DNA from: Octopus bimaculoides
Lineage: Eukaryota
Direction: 5' to 3'
Assembly (NCBI RefSeq): GCF_001194135.2
Contig: NC_068985.1
Span: forward strand, 59,121,070-59,161,032
Length of the DNA: 39,963 bases
The position numbers were made by a program, and so were the translations under genes. Under the pieces are notes generated by a model, which saw nothing but the letters and a program-made list of their open reading frames with translations, did not search any database and had not been told where the DNA came from. This document shows, one piece after another, positions 36,231 through 39,963 of this stretch (positions are counted from its first letter, which is position 1; each line of letters opens with the position of its first letter).

Positions 36231-36639
36231 TAATTACTCTAAAGAAAAAATAATGCTATTAGTAACATTTCAATACACTAACAGATGTGTTCGATTATGC
36301 AGAAAAACTATTAGATTGATAAAAGAAATTATATTACACTTACTTCTGTGAGGAACTTGAGAATTTGTGCAAAATAAATGAAAATATAATGTGGTTATTT
36401 TAAAATAGGAGGAATACTACTTATTCCAAATAATTGCCATAATTAAGTACAATGGATTATCTCCATTCGTCTATTTATGGGAAAGAGTTTGGATTAATTG
36501 ACCGATGAAACAAATTTAGAAATACATATGTGGGTGATATAGAGACAAAGAATAATAATTGTTATTATGCAAGCAAAGCATACTGTAGGTATGAATATAA
36601 ATTGTGTCAGGTAGAGCCTAGAATATTGTTGATATACAT

Positions 36640-36644
36640 ATACA

Positions 36645-36730
<86 letters not shown>

Positions 36731-37445
36731 NNNNNNNNNNNNNNNNNNNNNNNNNNNNNNNNNNNNNNNNNNNNNNNNNNNNNNNNNNNNNNNNNNNNNN
36801 NNNNNNNNNNNNNNNNNNNNNNNNNNNNNNNNNNNNNNNNNNNNNNNNNNNNNNNNNNNNNNNNNNNNNNNNNNNNNNNNNNNNNNNNNNNNNNNNNNNN
36901 NNNNNNNNNNNNNNNNNNNNNNNNNNNNNNNNNNNNNNNNNNNNNNNNNNNNNNNNNNNNNNNNNNNNNNNNNNNNNNNNNNNNNNNNNNNNNNNNNNNN
37001 NNNNNNNNNNNNNNNNNNNNNNNNNNNNNNNNNNNNNNNNNNNNNNNNNNNNNNNNNNNNNNNNNNNNNNNNNNNNNNNNNNNNNNNNNNNNNNNNNNNN
37101 NNNNNNNNNNNNNNNNNNNNNNNNNNNNNNNNNNNNNNNNNNNNNNNNNNNNNNNNNNNNNNNNNNNNNNNNNNNNNNNNNNNNNNNNNNNNNNNNNNNN
37201 NNNNNNNNNNNNNNNNNNNNNNNNNNNNNNNNNNNNNNNNNNNNNNNNNNNNNNNNNNNNNNNNNNNNNNNNNNNNNNNNNNNNNNNNNNNNNNNNNNNN
37301 NNNNNNNNNNNNNNNNNNNNNNNNNNNNNNNNNNNNNNNNNNNNNNNNNNNNTATATATATATATATATATATATTTGCATATATATTTGCATGTGTATG
37401 TACGATGCATGTATGTATAACACAAATATACGCATGTATGCACAC
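36640..37445. repeat. (CA)n/(TA)n microsatellite around gap 36731-37352
   Basis: Read directly. Confidence 0.95.
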
Positions 37446-38514
37446 ACAAATATATATATCTACGTAAGCGAGTATTTGAGTGTCTATAGTATATGAACTT
37501 TCTCAGTTCTATGTGCCACAGAAAAGTATAGATTGTACATGTATTTTTAAAAAGACTATCACCGTTTTAGTGACGCTATTCTGTGAGTCTATCGATAAAA
37601 GCATATTTTAGCATGTTTGGCTTTTCAGCACTGGAAATTTTCCAATGACTACTAAATTCGGTATTTAATCTACAGTATTCAATATATTTCAAAAAGTAAA
37701 GAAAAAATATGTATGGTCTCTATACAGTATGATTTATTGCACATGTACAGTTTTATGGTGTTAAACCAGTATTTTTCATCTCTGAGCGACATCAATGTTT
37801 AAGCATTTGTTGTTGTTGTTTTGGTGTTGATGACCTTATTTATATTTACTCAGGTCAACGTTGGTGAAGCAAAGCTATGCTCAAAGAAATTCCAGCAGCG
37901 GCCAGTTTGTTTTTTGTAACTACCTAGTCCTACATTACAGCAATGTATTATTCACTTTTTAAATTGTAGGCTGTTATTTGTTTGTAGTCACGTGCTATTT
38001 CCTGCAGTTCGAATAACCCTTAAATCTTTTTCATTGGCTCATTTCCGCCACTTTTTTGTGTTTACATGTAGAAACTATAATAGTTCTCGCCTTTTTATAA
38101 TTTTGCTAATATGATTTCACTTCTCTGTGCCAGATGTTGTGTTCCGCACAATTAGAAAGTTGGTCCATTGATGTTCCATTGGCATATAAAGAGGGAGGTG
38201 CCTCAACGTTTTCGAATATGAACTCATTTGCAAGTTTATTCTGCTTGTTGTTATATTTCGTTGATTTTATCCTATTTTCATTTCCAGGAAAAATTTGAGC
38301 AATTTACGAACGGTATTTCATGTATCCCCTTCACTTCAAACGATTTTACTTCAATGGTGTTACATATCCTATGCACATTCTTTTAGCACTAATGTACTTA
38401 CATCTAGTAATTGGGTTATATGCTCATAATATTGTAGCAAAAGTTAAAGTTTGGTAACACGCTTTACAAGAAATAAATACAATTATGTATCCATACTAGC
38501 TCTCTCAAGTTTTC

Positions 38515-38519
<5 letters not shown>

Positions 38520-38588
<69 letters not shown>

Positions 38589-38826
38589 TGTGTGTGTGTG
38601 TGTGCATGTGTATACATATATATATATATATGTATATATAAATATATATGTGTGTGTTTATATATATATGTATATATAGAGATGGAGAGACAGATAGAGA
38701 AGGAGAAGAGTGGTAATAATGTAGATAAACGTAATTAAGTTTGGAACAAATATACATATATATATATTCACAGACACATGTCTGCATATATACATAAAGA
38801 AACACACACACACACATATATATATA
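38520..38826. repeat. (TG)n/(TA)n/(CA)n microsatellite
   Basis: Read directly. Confidence 0.95.
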
Positions 38827-39085
38827 CGTAAAGAAACAACCCCGTCGATTTGACGGTGTACGTTCGTGATAGGACTGGAGTCTAAATTAGTGTAATCCCG
38901 CCTCTGTCTATGCTTCTGTCTGTGCTTCTCTGGCGACTACAGTAGAAGCAGCATTTCGAGCACGCTGGTGTTCTGCTTGTCGAGCAGTCTGTAGGAGATA
39001 GAAGTAGAAGCAGTATTGCGAGCACGCCCTAGCGCACATTGTTCTTCTGTCTCGCTTGCCCGCAAGGAACGCAAAACGGAAGTTT
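38827..39085. promoter_or_regulatory. CpG-rich island-like segment with ETS-type CGGAAGT motif; possible promoter or first exon
   Basis: About 18 CpG in about 255 bp by manual count, in an otherwise CpG-poor window. CGGAAGT near 39077. A 25-bp direct repeat is present. Confidence 0.3.
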
Positions 39086-39639
39086 TTTTTTCTGTCAATG
39101 TGACTCTTTTTTTGAGGCATCCTATCGAAAATTTGTAACTGAATGAATCTTTAAAATATCAATTAAATATGCCTCGGTGCTGTTTGGAAGCACTCAATAT
39201 GGTACTCTAACACAAAAAAATTCCCACAACGCTAAAGCGCACCACTTAGTGTCATTTATTCATTAAAGATAATATTTTATTTCATTTTTACTTATTCAAA
39301 ATAATTGACTTGTCTTCTTACTCTTTTGTGTCAGCTTATTTATTAAGCACACAATGACATACCTGGATGCACAATTTCGAGTACAGTTCATTGTATAATG
39401 ATATCGATTTTTACTGCAATCACGTATGTTCTTTCATGAAATTGTTTAGAAAGCTTAATGCAATTAATGCTCTGATGCTGATTAGACGAACATAGCGGCT
39501 GTTTGTACTTACTTTGCGGAATGATAGCCAATAACCATTATTGACATTGGATTTTCTATCAAGATTTTGATTAAAAATGGGCAAATCTTACTTTGAAACG
39601 AACGATTTTGTTATGAAATTTAAGTGTTGCACCCAATGT

Positions 39640-39737
39640 CTTTTACCTATGTGTAAAATTTCAGCGCGCTCATTTGAAAAATACGGCCGTTATAATCTTT
39701 TACACACATACACACATAGAGATAGAGCGTAATTTCC

Positions 39738-39772
<35 letters not shown>
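39640..39772 (+). mobile_element. Non-autonomous Helitron/Lep1-like 3' end (tentative)
   Basis: The layout TGTAAAATTTCAGC..GGCCGTTAT..(CA)n-like tract..TTTCCATATT(AT)n resembles Lep1/HINE-type ends. Based on recollection only. Confidence 0.3.
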
Positions 39773-39775
<3 letters not shown>

Positions 39776-39963
39776 CCATTATAATATGTTCTTCTCTCTT
39801 CTACTTATGACGCCATATTGTCACGTGATACACGTTGTATGAATCCCATGCTTTAAGGTTAGTACTACAGTGACAAGGAATCTTCGATAAGATAAGTGAT
39901 GCCGTTCATTTTATTGATACCAGAACCGCATTTCTTTGTTAGACGAATTAGGCCTTTAACTTG

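Noticed and set aside
1-39963. CRISPR arrays, operons, rRNA or other prokaryotic systems
   Set aside because: There are no repeat-spacer arrays, rRNA signatures or dense coding; the sequence is repeat-rich animal DNA.

Overview
AT-rich eukaryotic, apparently intronic/intergenic animal DNA with many microsatellites and nine N-gaps. The repeat families look cephalopod (Octopus-like); that assignment is from recognition, not a search. No intact host CDS is supportable, and almost all ORF-track entries are microsatellite or gap artefacts. The window is a retroelement/transposon graveyard: four Penelope-like (PLE, GIY-YIG) fragments of different types, two R4/Dong-type RLE LINE copies, several tRNA-derived SINEs, an internally deleted Mag-type Gypsy LTR element nested in a maT-like (DD37D) Tc1/mariner transposon, and a TRT-like Tc1 relic. 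The most notable structure is a composite at 27-310: a tRNA-Arg-like Pol III head, then (AAT)n, then an apparently intact minimal type I hammerhead ribozyme. Its tail is the same sequence as the 3' end of the PLE at 26798-27810, which carries a second, probably inactivated hammerhead. This points to either a hammerhead-bearing SINE mobilised by a PLE, or a PLE whose terminal repeat has captured a tRNA promoter.
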